From Yuukianura sp. NJ FZ-2021 (taxonomy: Eukaryota): a stretch of DNA of 64,000 nt. The stretch covers positions 8,866,001 to 8,930,000 of the forward strand of contig CM102289.1 in NCBI GenBank assembly GCA_046563655.1, in the 5' to 3' direction. The notes under the pieces are model-generated. The model was not told the origin of the DNA. It worked only from the letters and a program-made list of their open reading frames with translations, and did not search any database. Below are positions 12,301-27,300 of the stretch, in pieces. Each line of letters starts with the position of its first letter. Position 1 is the stretch's first letter. The position numbers were made by a program, and so were the translations under genes.

Positions 12301-15300
12301 ACGGCGCGCCTAAAGAGCAAGAAAACCCATAAAGAACTGTCCTATTATTCTTGTTCCGAAGAACGTTTTTTAAAACAAGTTTTTTCAAACACGTTTTTAG
12401 AACATGAAAACACAGATGCGGATTGGAGTAATTAGAATTCCGGAACAATGGAAAGTGAGTGGGAGTGACAGAACTGGAGCTGCCATTTCCTGGAATGGGT
12501 TGACTATTCCTCGGTAGTGTCGGATACAGCAGTTCCTGTGCCACCAGATAGACTTTCTCCGCTAGACTTTTAGTTGTGACTAACGTAGAAGCCTAAATTG
12601 TTGCAAATGTAGTAAAACTTTTGTTAGTACTTGGAACGAGAGCTATTAGTTGAACAATAGTGTTGGAGTAATGGTGATGCATTGGGTGGAGTCAAATGTT
12701 TGCTCAAGAGTGAGACTCCATTAATTGAGTCCTAGAAATACATGGGACAAGGACACATAACCCTGGAAGCATGGACACATTTGGGAAGGTCCTTGGAGGC
12801 CTTAGCTGTCCTGACCATGCTAACTTTCCCCTGCGGAGAGGAGGAAGTGTCTCATTAGAAAAGGATAAGGACAATGTATCCCTGTCACTTCCAGAAGGTT
12901 CCGCATTGTCATTATTCCAACTTTCTCTAACCGGAGATGGAAAGCTAACGAACAGAAGCCTTCCAGGAACTTCCAGGGAGTTCTTCCAGCAACTTTTTGC
13001 TGGAAATCAAGTTTTGAAGAAGGAGGCTGGCGATTATGAGGAAAATGACGGATTAAGGCAGAGGAAGACAATGGGCCACTGGAGTCTCTCTGGCTCTGAC
13101 AGCGTGTTCCAGTACTCCATCACGACCACTTATGTCTCCTGGGCACCTTCTTCCTTAAGAATCACGGGTCAACAACGTTGGAAGCAACGCGAATTTCGAA
13201 ATTCGCGGTGAAAGTTTTGTCGGGATAACTGAAATTTTGAAATTGGAGGTGAAAATTTTCTGAAGGTGACTGCAATTTTGAAATTGGAGGTGAAAATTTC
13301 CTTGAGGTGAATGAAATTTTGAAATTGGAGGTGGAGGTAGATAAAGTTTTGAACTTCCGGTGTAAGTTTTTTTTTTGGTAAAAAAACGTGACTGATAGTT
13401 GAAAATTTTTGAAAAGAAGGGTGAGTCTGATGTTTTTTTTTGTGGTTAGCGTTTATGAAGACATTGAAAAAATAACTAAGAACTTTAAAATAATTTGGAG
13501 GTTGAAATGAAGAAGTTCCTTGAGGTTTTTAGACAAGGGGGGAAATGAAGTGATAAATTTGAGCTGGAGTTGTATTGATCCTGGAGATCAGTCTATGGAG
13601 TGCTGCTGAAAAAGATACATTTGGAGAAGACACTTTCTCTTGAAATTTTCTAAGGTTTTCTAGCTTTCTAGATTCTAGTTTTCTAAGGTTCCGTCTGATA
13701 GTAGCTAGAAAAGGAAGGGAGCATTTGATTTAGTTTCTCTGTGCCAAGAATGAATCTTCACACTTTCTCCATTCCCCAACCTGTAATTGGACTTTCATTT
13801 CCACTTTACTCAACGTCTAAAAAACCAGAAACGACACTACAATTCTTAAACAAAAATTACAACTGTCTGCTTCTACACCATAAATTTTCTCCCACAACAT
13901 TTCTCCAAGTTTCCAAAAAAAATCGAAATCTACTTTTCAATCAACAGAAAACGGAAAACCCTGACTACAGTTTCAAAATCCAACCATAGTGAAAAAAATA
14001 TTCCTGTTTTTTTTTTTTTTTTAAATCAAAATTTCCCGTTTTGCAACTTTTTCCAAAAATTTTGCTAGTGTAAAATCCGAACTCAGCCTTCACCTTACAC
14101 ATTCCCATGCACATTTCATTTTCATTAAGTAAAAATTGAATTGAATCGATCAAAAAACTTCGCAACGTCATTGCGTTATCAGATTTTTTTTTTACTTACT
14201 CAGCTGATTAGGTCATGTGACAGTTTTACGCACTTTGGTTTTAGTACTTTCTCTTTTTAGTTGTTTCGGATTGTTTTGTTGCTCTTGTTTTTGGGGGAAA
14301 TTGCTGCGTTGAAATTTTGAAATAGAAAATATTGAAAAAAAAATATTTCTTTAAAAATAGCGTGCTTACCTGTTCTAAAGTTGACCGCAATGTCTACGAG
14401 GAAGATGGTGTCTGAGAGACAGTTGAAGATGATCCATCGAATAGACAGGTCATCTCGGAAGAAGGAAATTGCAATGGGCAGAATGATGAGGTTGGCCACC
14501 AGGAGCAGCAGCATACACAAGTCCCAGTAGAACCTAAAGTATTACAAATTGTAACTCCAAATATCAAAATTCCCATCCATTACTCTTTATTGAGTTCAAA
14601 CAGGAAGGAAGAACACGCCTTTTGTTTATTCATTCAAAAATGGGAGCAGCCACGATTTGAAAAAAAAAACTTCGTAACGACTCTTACTCAGCGTATCTAG
14701 CATGCCTAGACTCCGTTAGAATAAGATTAGTTTGAAAAGGAGATGACAGGATGAGATTATTGAGAGCCTCCACAAACGAAAACTTATGAAAAAGGCGGGC
14801 TTTTTCAAAAATAGGCAACGCTGTACCTACCTATGTGTAGCTTTTAGTCTAATGAATGTTGCAGAAAGTAGATTTACAACGGGACGGGATACTCCTCGAC
14901 AGGAATTTCCTATTAGCCCAGTTTTGGAATATTCACAAGGAGAAAGTTGGTTTTGTGCAAGGTTCTTTGATAACAAAAGCTAATTTTCTTTAACAGGTTG
15001 AGTACTGCCTCGCTTGCTGACAAAAAGCAAAAATAAAATAGTACCAATTTAGTACCAATTCGTATGCAAAATTTAAAAAAATTAGCTGTATTGTTATGAC
15101 TATGATGCGTCGACATGAAATATTTTTTTTTGTAAAATCGAAAAGACATGAGGCATTACCCAACCTGTTAAAGAACATCAAAAGTCAACAAACCTTGGTT
15201 TTGTGTATCTAACGCTCCCATCTAACTTAGCATAGCATAGTTTACCCTCACATAGTCTAACTTAACCTAGGCAGATCCACCTTCCAGGAAGTTCCTGTCC

Positions 15301-18300
15301 AGGTAAAAACTTCAACATTATTCTATCCAACCTCCTTTCCTAATCCCACTTTGCTTTCTCCCGCCTTTTCCCCCAAAGTCCAATTTCTCTTCTTGTTTGC
15401 AAAGTAGGAACCTTAACTTTTCCATTTCACCAAAAAACTAGTGCTTACCTTCCAACGCTCAAAGTTGCCAAAAAAAGTCTACTTTTTTTGAAATGGAAGA
15501 ACTTTTGAGCAAATAAAGTTGAGGACTTGGAGAGTCCTTATTTATGCAACAGCTCTAAAATGGATTTGGTTCAAAAATAAACATAGCCCCTAGGAAAATC
15601 AATTCTCAATTTACTTTAACTTAGGAAGTCAATTTCCGTTTTTTCTTAGAAAATGAATGTTATTTGTTCAAATGAAAATCGAATTTTAAATTAGGCTCCT
15701 ACTGTGCAGGAAAACCATTTCCTAACGAGGAAGAATTTGCTGCTTATTTCTAGCTTATTTTCAAATTTAGAAAAATTGAGCCTTCATCGTCTAAATTGGT
15801 AAGTGGATTAAGAGCAAAGTGGTTTTCTAAAAAAAAAAATCTAAAAAAAAAGAAAAAAAAAAGTAAAATTCTGTTTTTATTAAAACAGATATGAATTTTT
15901 TGCACAAATTTTGTGCAAAAGTCTTAAAAACTTAATAATGACGAGCATAACTAATTAGTGTGAGTAAGTCTGTTCTCATAGTGCAGCAAGCATACTTTGC
16001 TTTCTCTCGAACTTGTAAATGAGCAATCCTGGTCGTAATTACGTAATTACACTGATGCAGTTGCATAATTACAATGAGGTAGTTACATAATTACTTAATT
16101 ACAAAGTTGTTAACTATTTGATGCATCATAAAGGATGAGGTTTATGGTTGAACTTGTGAATTGTTTAGTTCAAAAGCAAGAGGTTAACATTTTGTAGTAA
16201 GCATTGCGTCACAAAATTGCAACCTTTTCAAAATTTCAAAAGGTTTTTGAAAAACTTGTTTTCTAAGAAAAGTTCTGCAATTTAGGAAGAATTTGGTTTG
16301 GACCTTGGACATTATCTAAATTCGTGTCTGCTCAAGTGTTCAGAAAATGACTTTCAGCGCCAAAACACTTACGACCACTTAAAGTCATTCAACCAGCAAC
16401 AACAACAATTCTTAGTCCTTTGATATCCGCTTGCCAAGTTTTGAAAATCATTTCAAAAAACTTAAAATTCGGTTTTACATGGAGCAAATTGCTTTCTGTA
16501 CATGTTAAAATGCCAAATTAATGTTAATTGGTCACACTCCCGCTAAAATTTGGCAATAAAAACAAAGGCATTATGTGTTTTTAGAAATAAAAATCACCCT
16601 AAAATCAAACTTTCACTTTTAGGAAACCTTTTGAATTTAAAAAATTTTTGACAGTTAAAATAACAAATGTCAATAACTTGACAGGTGAAAGCGGAAGCAG
16701 CTTTCACTTCCATATTTTCAATTTACATTTTTTCACTTTTTTTTTCAATTTTTTGGTTTCGGATGCTGCTGCATGTCATACTCTGCTCAGAGGCATAATT
16801 CTACACCAAAATTCGGATCTTTATGATGCCATTTGAGCAAGATGCTTTCACTCTCGGCTTTCTCCCTCCTCCGTTGGGATCTCATTCACAAAATGCAGAA
16901 CTCGAGTTTTCCCGCCTCAAAAAAGCTTACTGTCGACAGGAGAAATTCCGGGAAAGTTTTGAATTTGTGTTCTGGCAAGATAAGGCATCCGCCTACGCAA
17001 GCAAACTGTTCGTATCTGACGGTTCTGCCGAAGAGGGAGGCCCATGTCCAATTTACCCACACATAAATTCCTATGGGGGATCTATTTTTTTGAAAATAGA
17101 ATGATAACAGAAGAACTGTAGAAGCATAACGTTATAGAAAAAAGTCAGTCATTCCAAAATTTAGGGTGAACAAAGTTATAATTTTCTCCTTTTTCCTGAA
17201 ATCACTTTTCCGAAAATTCCGAAATCACTTTTGCAAAGAGATCATTTCGGAAAAGCTCTTTTCAATTTTGGCGCCAAAGTGTTTTAACTGATTCACACCG
17301 TCTGACTCATTTTTCATAGAATTTCGTAGAATATAGAAGCTTTATTTTTTCAAAAAAGTAGAAAATTAAGGGAGTGTTAGTCACATAATTTGGAATTGAA
17401 AAGTCAAGTGTGGAAATTCTCAAGCACTTTCCCGCGCCATGTCATTATCACCTGAAAAATTTCGTTTTTTGAACTTTTTTTGTAAATCAAATCCTGTTTG
17501 GACCATTACCCAATTCTAGGAAGGAGGGAACATCAAAAGACCTTTTGGATGACACACACACAACAACTTCAACTTGACTGACTCAAATTCAAAGCCTTTT
17601 TTGCCGCCAAAGGGAAAGTGGAATTTGAACGACTGATTTCCTGTTACTCACAGAGCACAAAAACTGGCGGGAACTTTCAAATTCCTCGGACTTCCACAAG
17701 AACTAACTTAGATTTGATTTCCTTTTTCGGCTTCAGCGGAAAATCTAGGAAGCACGAAGTTTTTCACCCTAAAGTGAAAGCAGATTTGATCCAAGCCCAA
17801 ACATAGTTACAGTTTGGATACCTTAAAAATACAAAAAAAAGTAACTTTCAACTTTTCTTTTTCATTTTTTAAATTGAAATCATTGACTTTCAAAATTTAA
17901 AAAATGGGGTTTCTCCTTTTTATTCTGACCTTCCACGCCGGAAGTTTTGTGCTAAAGTTCAGAAAAGGCCATCAATCATATTCTAAGAAAAAGAAAAAGT
18001 TGATCCTCCTTTGAAAAAAAATTCTCATTGTCTCTTGGGAGTCTTTCGAGAGCTTCTGTTGTGGAAGGTGGCAGGCAATTTTGGCGAGAGTTTTTAAAAC
18101 AGGAAGGTAGAAGAAGTGAAAAAAAGAAAAGTGAAAGTCTTTTGGGCATTTGGAAGCCTTTGCTTGTATTTGGGGTCATAAATCAAAGTCCAGGAGGGTA
18201 GTGCTGGCGTTTTCAAAATCAAAATTTTAATCCCAAAAGAAATTACGAAATGGAAATGAGTTTTGGCTTTTACCATAAACTGAGAGAGTAGCAACCATAA

Positions 18301-21300
18301 CATCCAAGCTAACAAAAACTAGGATTTTACAAACTGCTGTTTCAAATTTTCGTGTTTTATTTTTGTAAATTCTGCTTTATTTAAGAAATGTTCTCAAAAT
18401 TTTCAAATTCTGAGATTCAAATGGGCTGTTCTCCGGAGACAAAGGGTTTGAGTGTATATTAATTCAGATTTTGTTAAAGTCAGCAAGAAGGACTCAAAAG
18501 TGTCTCTACTACGCTTGAAAATGAATGCAAAAGTCCTTGAGTAGTGAAAGTAGTGAAAGTACGAAGAGGTTCGTCTGGAGCCTACTTTTCCTATTCACTT
18601 GTAATTACTTATGCAAAAGGAACCTAGGGAAAATAGAACCTTAGGCACGCACCTAACTGAACTCAGGAACGAATACCGTAAAACTTCTATCACTAGCTGT
18701 TCTCTAAAAAACCCGGTCTCTAGTTTAAGCTCGGAGTGTTTTGGAGTAGGAATAAATAGAAGCCGCGGCTTGTATTAGAAGTTTTACGGTAAGTTACTCT
18801 AACATAACCTTAGTATAGCTGTTAAGACGAAGTAAGTTTCGAACACATAGAGTTCCCGCGCGACTAAATTCAACTCATCGACCTCTATATTCCCACCCAC
18901 CGAAAAAGTTGATTCCCCGCCCGGATCAACCAAAATTCGGTAACAACGAGGACAAAAGGCTTCTTCCATATTATCCGATCGATCACAAAACATAATGATG
19001 ATACAAAAAAACACGCCTAACAAGAACTAGTTTTGGAAATGACAAAAAGAGAAATCAGAACATAATAACAAAAAGTCCATCACAGCAGAAAATGCCAATC
19101 AGCTCATCAAGGGGCGGGCGGTGTCCAGTTTTTCCGTTTTTTCATTTCTGTGTATTGAAAGTTTTTGGAGGTAAAAACACGTTTTTTAGGAACCTCTTAC
19201 AAAAGGAAGTAATTTCATGAATCATGTTCACTCTTAGTATCATTCCGTTTGGAAAAATTTTCTGCCAAAAAACTTTGCTCTTTCCGGCCAGGCGGCAAGC
19301 AAGAACAGGAAGAGCCGACTTTTCAGAAAAAAAAATTTAGTCAATCCCGAGCAAAAAAAAAGTTGAGCGGCTGAATTTATGTGAAGAGTGGCGAACGTGC
19401 TATTTTTGGACTTTTTTGGGGAAGTTCAATTTTTATTGGCGTTGGGCTAGTAAAAGCAAGGTTGTTAGCCTAAAGTTGAACCATTCTATAGGTTTTAGCC
19501 TCACTTGAATCTTTGGCTCACCTGAAGTTGGAACAGGGGTGGATGATCCAGTGTCCAGCGTTCTTCTGCCTTATGCGTTCCTTCATGAGAGCTTTTTTGG
19601 ATCCGAATAGCTTCATGGCCAGCTTGTTGTCAGTGGGCTGGAAGAGGTTCTGGAGCTGGTTTCGGAGAAAAGACGGCTTGGACTCGGCCGCAGTCGAGGC
19701 GTGGCTCCCTGACCTTTCCAAATTTGTCATGCTGACGGTCAGGCCCTCGTCTTTTGGAGTACCGTAAAGACTCACGTCGTCACCCGAGAAATGGACACGA
19801 GAACCACTGAAACCTGGTGGACCGGCAGACCTAAACAAAAATTAGGTCAACAAAATAAGTTAGTCATTCATCAACATAAAATGAATACAGTTTGTTCAAA
19901 ATTTTACTTTCTTGACTAAAAGTTCAAAAACGTCATGGCACAACTTAACCTTACGCCTCTCAAATTGTACCCGCAGCAGCCTAACTTCAACCATAAATTG
20001 AGGTGATTAATCTAAAATTTAAATTTACCGGAAAAACTTGCTTGCAGAAGATTTTTTTTCCTTTTTATTTAGATGAAGTTGTTGCGGAGACTCATTTAGC
20101 AAAAAGTTGTACAAAAAAATTTTTCATGATGGTGAAAGTTTTGCCTGAATTCTGTCTTTTTTTTGGAATTCAAAAAATGCACCACGCAGTAGCAGTTATT
20201 AAACTAATATTTCCAGATATAGATATGGAACTTGTATCAAAAACTTTATGGTTTCCAGTATGGCACAAACTTTTAAAAAGGGAAAAAATAGAAAGTATCA
20301 TTTCTGTCTTTTTTTGGGGGAAAGTCTTGCTAAAGTAATGAGATTAATCTTCATTTTTCAGACTAATGGAACAATGAAAGGCCTCTCTAAGCCGATTTCT
20401 CTTCATAAGGAAAACTATACCAGGAGTCTCCTGCTGCTGAAGTCAAAAGAGAAAATGAGAAATTGTACCTCCCTATAAACGCGCCGAAATATAAAAAACG
20501 TGGGGAAAATTTTGGGGAAGGGCGGCAGACTCACTGGAGAGTGACAAGGAGAAAGTTCAGGGAAAAAAAGAGTGCCTTTTTCCTGTAACTTTTTTTTTCT
20601 GTTGTAAAACTTTTCTCGTCAGACTCCAATCATGGTCTCCGGTGACACAGTAAAGGTCACGTGCCTTGTCTACAGCATTTTACCCGGGTCTTTTTTGGTT
20701 CTAAGAGAAAGTCTTTGGGTTTTAGTCAAGTCCCAAGTTTCGTCGATATCTTTTCAATGAAAGTCATTGTTTTAGCCCCCAAATGTCAAGGTAGAGGAGA
20801 GAGTGCCTATAAAGATTAGGCTTTTCACCATCACTTTTTCTTTTTCAATAAGTCTTGGTGGATAGTTCTTTTTGTATAGTAAGTGGTGGGTGGTGGTGGC
20901 TCCGCTTTGGCCCCGCCACTATCTCTCCCCGCCCTTTGACCCCTCCCATTTCCCCCGCAATTCACATCCGTCTTAATCGAATCCGCACGTCTGGGGAAAC
21001 TGGGGCCTTCCGATTTTGAATTCACAAGAGAAACTAAAGAAGACTTTAAGTCCGCCAGCTCCCTCAAGTCGTTACATGGAAATGAAATTCCAATAATTCT
21101 CTTCCTTCGGTTCTGCATAGGGAAAAGGAGCAGACTTTCTCCAAATGACTCCAAAGTTTATGGAACATTTCCTGTTTCCTAACAACATTGGAATCAGAGG
21201 CTCATAAATTAGAAACCAAATTCTCATTTCCTGCCAAGGAGCCACTTTCCCGCGCTTTCTTCCTTCTCCGAAGATGAGCAAAAGACTGATGGGGATGATC

Positions 21301-24300
21301 AATACAGCAGAGACACTGCGCCAATTTAACACTACCAAAGTCTGTGACTCGTCGACGTGAACAAAAGAGCATCACAGTGCTAAAAAAATTTGAGAAATTT
21401 CAAAAAAAAGGTCAGATTTCTAAATTTTTCTAAATTGAATTTAAACAAAAACGAAATTCTGGAAAAAAGCTAAGCGGTTTCTAGAAGTGTCGAACTGCAT
21501 GGTAGTTTTGGATTTCGAGTTTTGGTGAGGTAAAAGTTGTGAAATATTTTTCTATTTTTTTTTAATTTTTCGAAATTTTGAAAACTGTTTCTCACCCGTA
21601 TCCATCTGATCTATAGTTCATGTCAGGTGAAATGTAGTCATCGACCAGGAGTGAGTCGTCATCAATGGTAAGGAGAGAGTCAGAGGGATGATGGTGGAAT
21701 CGTTCTATAAGAACAGTGGTGGGTTCTCCAACGGTGCGTCCAAGGCCAAAGTAACTCCCACCATGGTGCTCACCACCGCCCCCCGTGGGGGAGTTGGGGT
21801 GGGAGTAGGCAGTAGTCACTTGACCTGGCACAGACGCATAGGCACCACGCAGTCGTCCATTCGCCAAACGCAGAGACGGAATACGCGTCCATCGTCTCCC
21901 TTCGGTGTGCGAATTTGACCTCTCACGCTCCTCTCTGCAAAATTACACAGAAGAAATACATCAAAATTCCATTTTAAAAAAGTCTCAAAACTTCCTTAGG
22001 TCATACCTAACCTTCCACCATTTATAATTTCAAAATGTTACAAAACGCCTTGTCGCTTCAACAAAATCGAGCTGTTTTCTAACGAATTTGACCTTAATTT
22101 GGGTATGTTTTCTCCTCGTGCCAATTTGTGTCTAAATTCATTCCTTTTTTTCTGTCACAAAACCAATTTTCACAATCCAAACACAAAGGTTCTGAACAGG
22201 AAAAAATTGCAACAAAAAATAATTAAGAATGAAAATAGATCAAAAGAAAAGCATAGGAAAAATAAGGAAAAGGCAGAAATAGTTGAATAAAAAATGTAGG
22301 ACAAAGTGATTTTCGATACCTGTATATTGATTACCCATTCCTGACCTTAAGAACGAACATTTTGCTTCAAAAAAAGTTTTTTTCAAAATATACTGTTTGA
22401 ACAAACAAACGTTTCAAACAAACAGTTCCAAGAAAGTGCCGTTTTAGAAATTTTTTCCAAGTTTTTTTCTTAGAAGTTTACCTGAATCACAAATCCGTGT
22501 TTATTTGTGTGCTAATTTCCAGTGTTTAAGGATTGAAGTGTTGCTTTTTGTTTGTACTCTCCTTGGGGGATTGGAACCACTTTCACTTTTGGAGAAAGTT
22601 GGTGTTTGATTGAGCAGAAAATGTTGGCGGAAGGAGCAAAGGAGGGAAAGTGCAGAGAGATCAACTTGCACACGGACTGAGAGGCCAAAGAAGAATGAAT
22701 CCCAATAAGGAAAAAAGTTCCACCAAACTCTTCAAAAAAAAAGTGGTCAACCAGCGCCAAACCTTGCAGTGGTGTCTAGATTCCTTAGATTCTAGAATCT
22801 ATTTCTCCACCTAGAATGCTTTAGCACTAGACCAAGTCACTAGCAGGTCTTTCTCGTTCCAGGAGCACAAAGAGAAAGGAGTTGCAGAGGGTTGGGAGGT
22901 GCAGAGACAGACACATAAAAACTTTTGGGATACTTTTCCCCTCTCTCGCCAAAAGTTTAGCGCCGAGCAGCCATGGTGGAATTCTGAAGCCAAAAAACGG
23001 AGGGAGTAACTATGGTTTGGGTTTCATATACTGTTGGTGGGCTGAGTATATGTGCTTTCACCTGGGAGATTACTCCCACCTCAACCACAACAACCAACAC
23101 ACACCTAACTTTAGCATAAGAGAACACAAAGGGAAAGGAATTTAAAAAAGAGTTTGGAGTTGTTTGGCCAAATTCCACTCACTCTCTCCACAAAAGGAAA
23201 AGTGCCTTGTGGAGTAATGAAACAAGGGGCTGTGCACTTTCTCCGAAAGTTTTGAGGTTCCAAATGAAACTAAAACAAGGAAAAGCTCCTTTTTGGTTTT
23301 CATTAAAGACTTGATGAGAATTTAAATCGAGACATAAGAATTTAATAAAAACGGGTCTTAAGAAACACTTTCTCTTTCCATTTCCATTTTCATATTTCCT
23401 CACTCCAACTTTCTCTTTCTGCCCACACTCCGTCGTTGAACTTTGAATAATTCAGTGGAGAAAGTAAACCGTGGCAAATTGGGAAATTTGGTAGGACTTA
23501 AAATTACAAATTCATTTTTTACCGCCGATTTTGCTGCTTGTAAGTCATTACATACACGGTTTTATAACCAATCAACTGTACTAAAGTTTCAATAATTACA
23601 AACTCAAGTGTCAAGGACACAAATTGAAAAAAAAATCTTCTTTCAAAATTCAAATACTTAAAATCAAGCAGTGTTTTTAACACTTTTACTTTGCGTAAGA
23701 AACTAAAAGGAAAGGAGAAAATCCAAATTCTTATAAAATTCGGAAAAAGAGTTTTAAACTGTCTAATAATTTTTTTTTAATCTTCAAAAATTTACCCATT
23801 TGATTAATCTTAGTTGGAAATAAAACGTTTGAATACTTTTCTCTTGTTTTTACTTTTGTTTTCACAAATTCTTCTTCTTCTTTGAAATTTGAAACTATTT
23901 TTTTGTTTTCTTAGCTTTTTGCGATTTTTTTGGAAAACTTTCACAAAGTTATACTAAAAACGTGAGCTATTCTCTTAGTTTTAAATGCCCCCAGTTGAGT
24001 CACGTTATTCAATTACGAAAAGACTGAGGAACCAGAGTTCGCCATTTTCTTAATCTAATTTCCTCCCGTATTCGTCCAAAATCCAGCAGACGACGGAGTT
24101 AGTATGAAGCCGTAGGTCGTATGAGATTTCAGTTGTATGACATAACTAAATTATCTCCATTCTTCCCAGTTTCTTTCTTAGGTTATACTCCTCAACCAAA
24201 GTAAAAACTAAAATCTAAGTTAACAAAAAAAGTAAACCAAAGTAAAAGTAAAATAAGGAAGTGTGATCTCCCGGGAGAAAGTTTCGGCACTTCCGTTGCC

Positions 24301-27300
24301 CATTTGTTCAGGTGAGAATAAGAAAAACTTTCCCGCTCATTGGTCTCTGATTCCTTTCAAATGAAAAACTTTTCCTTCGCTCTCCAAGGCTCTTTTGGAA
24401 TAAAAATAAAAAGAGGAAGCGAGCCGGAAACTTTTCCGTAGAATAAAACTAAAACTTTCCATTCTTTTTATTTTGTAAAAGCCCTTGGTCTGCTGTAAGA
24501 CTAAGAAACAAGTTTTATTGAAATGGCTTTCGCACGTCGTTCCTTTTCTTTTTCTCTTTTGAAGCGAAGCTCAATGACGTTGGAAGAAAAAAGAGACAAA
24601 TTGTTTCACCAAACTTTCATTTGAATTTTCTTAAAAAGACGTTTTCTGTCGAGAGTTGATGTCACAAAAAGTATAGTCGTTGCTCTTTTTCAAATTTAAA
24701 CTTTGAACTAAAAGTTACTTTTTTGAAAAAAATGCATTCCTTTTCAGAATTTATGGAGTTCCTAGTGGAGAGCTCTTTGGCCTGTAAAGTGAAAGTTGAA
24801 AAAGGAAGGAAGTAGTTGCCGAATTGGCTCAAGGAGGGAGTTTCGATCTGTGTAGATAAAAGACGGAGAAAGTAAAAGTGAAAGTGGCCTGAGCCTTAAC
24901 CTGCCACCTTAACATAACAACCTGCCACTTGACTTGTGCTAGAGATTTTGACCTTTGGAGAAACTAAAGCCCTGTGTCAATCTCATCTTCAACAGCTTAG
25001 GGAATTAGAAACTTTAGAAGTTTGGAAATCGGTGTAGTTAGGGCTAATTGAACAGGAAATTTAGAACTTAATGAGATGAAATTCAATCAGCAACTTTCAG
25101 TTTCCACTTTTGCTAGAGTCAAAAACTGAAGTTTCTCAACAATTTGAAGTTTGAGTAGAAAAGAAGTAAAGTTGTGACAGGTCAAGTTGGACTGGAGTGA
25201 ATGTGACAGTATAATGTGGTAAGGGATTTGGAAAGTGAGAAGGTGTAAAACGAATGGAATAAGGTGAAAGTGAAAAAAACGTTTTAGGATAGGTTTTTGG
25301 TTAGATTTGGCAGGATTTTGTGAAAAAGAACAGAGAATATGTTTTAGAAACTCTTGCATATTCTATGGGAACTGGGATTTGAACAAGAATCATGACGGGG
25401 GTGAAAATCTCGGATTTTGTGAGGATTCTCTTACATCCGATTTTCAATTTCAATTTTTTGATGTGTTTTTTTTTGTTTCTGAGAAAACAGGGAATATAGT
25501 TTTCCTGTGCAAAGTAATTTATATAACGAGAAATTCTAAAATTCTGTTTTGCATTTCAAAAGTTTTCAAAATTCCATGATTGGTACAAAGTGCAACGACT
25601 TGATTTTTCATTTCAGTTCAACGGTAGTTTTTAATTCAATAGAAAAAAGAACAAAAATGGTAGTTGAAAAATCAGTGTAGCTACTTTCCTTTTGTTCGAA
25701 ACTTGTTTTGAAAAAAAAGTGAAAGTAGATTTTTAGAAAATTACAACCTCAAGTTCCATTAATTTTGAAAACAATGCCTCACTTTTAAATTGGAATGACA
25801 GTGATACACGTGTGTCGCTATTCAAAACTGTCTTGTCAAATTATCACAATTTTCAAAATTTTGAGCCAGCTAGCATATTATATACAACCCAAAAATTCAG
25901 TTTTGAAATTATACATGTCTGAGTAACTTAGCCAAAATCAGAAAAGTGGAAGTTTTAAAAATGGTTTAAAAATAACAATTTTACAGAACTCTGTTGAGGT
26001 TATGTTTAAAATCCGTTAATTAAAGACGTGATTTTGAAAAGTCAACAATTTTTAACACAATTCTTTAGGCTGTTTGTTTAGAATGATTGGCAGTTCCATT
26101 ACTCACTGAAATGAATGAAGCGAAGATGCAAAATTTTTTGGTGATAAATTCCAAATTTTATGGAAACTTGTCAACCCTGCGCCAAAACAACCTTGAAGCT
26201 TATCGGTTTTGTGAATTAGAGAGAAAACAGATATGACTTTGACGTTACAGCTTAAATGTGTGTATCTCAGTGCCACTTTCTCTTTTGTTTACCTAATCTC
26301 GTCCCACGCTAAACCCTCCAGCAAAACGGATTCACAACATCACTTACCAAACACAATCAATCTTAAGCCTTATTTTGTTGACTTTTGTTACATGTACAGA
26401 TTATAGGCTAGTTAAGTTGATCCTGGTTAGGTTTGGACAAGTTAGGCTCAGATTAGGTTAGCTAAACTCGTTAAGCATGAAAACCAACCATTCATTAACA
26501 CTATAAAACGCTGGTTTGGCGTAGAACCTAAAATTTACACTTAACGAGGAGAAAAATTTCCTAAACAAACTCTACCGAATTGGTTTTTTTTTAAAAAATA
26601 TATTAACAATAAAGGTGTGTGACAAACGCAATAATTTTTTGAAAATTGCTAAAAATGATTAAGTTTAAATTCAATTTTGCAATTGATTTCTAAAGCCAGC
26701 AAGTAGATTTACGAACTCTATGAAAAATTTACCACCGTCGATTGCATGTGCGGCGTTTTTTGGAAAAATTGAAAGACTTTGAAGGTTTAAGAGACTGTGA
26801 AAGTTTGCTTTCTCTAAACGTGGAGCTTTCAGTTGAAAGTGAAACTAGGTTTGGAATTTTTGTTAGCCTAAACTAAGGTTTTTTAGACACAAGTGAGTGA
26901 GCAAAGGTAATGGAGCACGTGTTTTGGGCGTCTATCTACGTTAAGCTTTTGGTCCTGGAGAAAGTCCCTGGAAAAAGATGAGGTAGAGGGATATGGAAGA
27001 TAAGCTACCCGCTCATTCACGTCTTCTAAGACGCTTCCAGCGTCTTCCAGCCTCCCCAAAAATCCATCCATGCCCAATCGATTGTTCTCCAGCCAACTCT
27101 CCAGAACTTCCAGTGTAGCCTTCATGTCTCGAGTTCATCTTTCAAAGGGACTCCCCTGGCAACTTAGCTTTGGTTATGTCTGACTTCCTTCCCATTAGGT
27201 CCCAAGTGGAGTCCACTCAAGGGCCCTTCACCATTTCAATTACACCCAACAACTTACACCAAGGGCCAAAGTGCCCCTTCAACCACTCTGGTACTGGGAT

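Noticed and set aside
22320..22338. MGNQYT mini first exon with a myristoylation-like start
   Set aside because: The donor is phase 1, so joining to 21934 reads out of the HCN frame and stops.
23179..23403. ORF ending at a phase-2 gtgagt donor as another HCN first exon
   Set aside because: No in-frame ATG and intron-like composition.
26883..27125. 80-aa protein-like minus-strand ORF ([11 protein letters not shown]...)
   Set aside because: In-frame stop just upstream, no usable phase-2 donor and no recognisable family.
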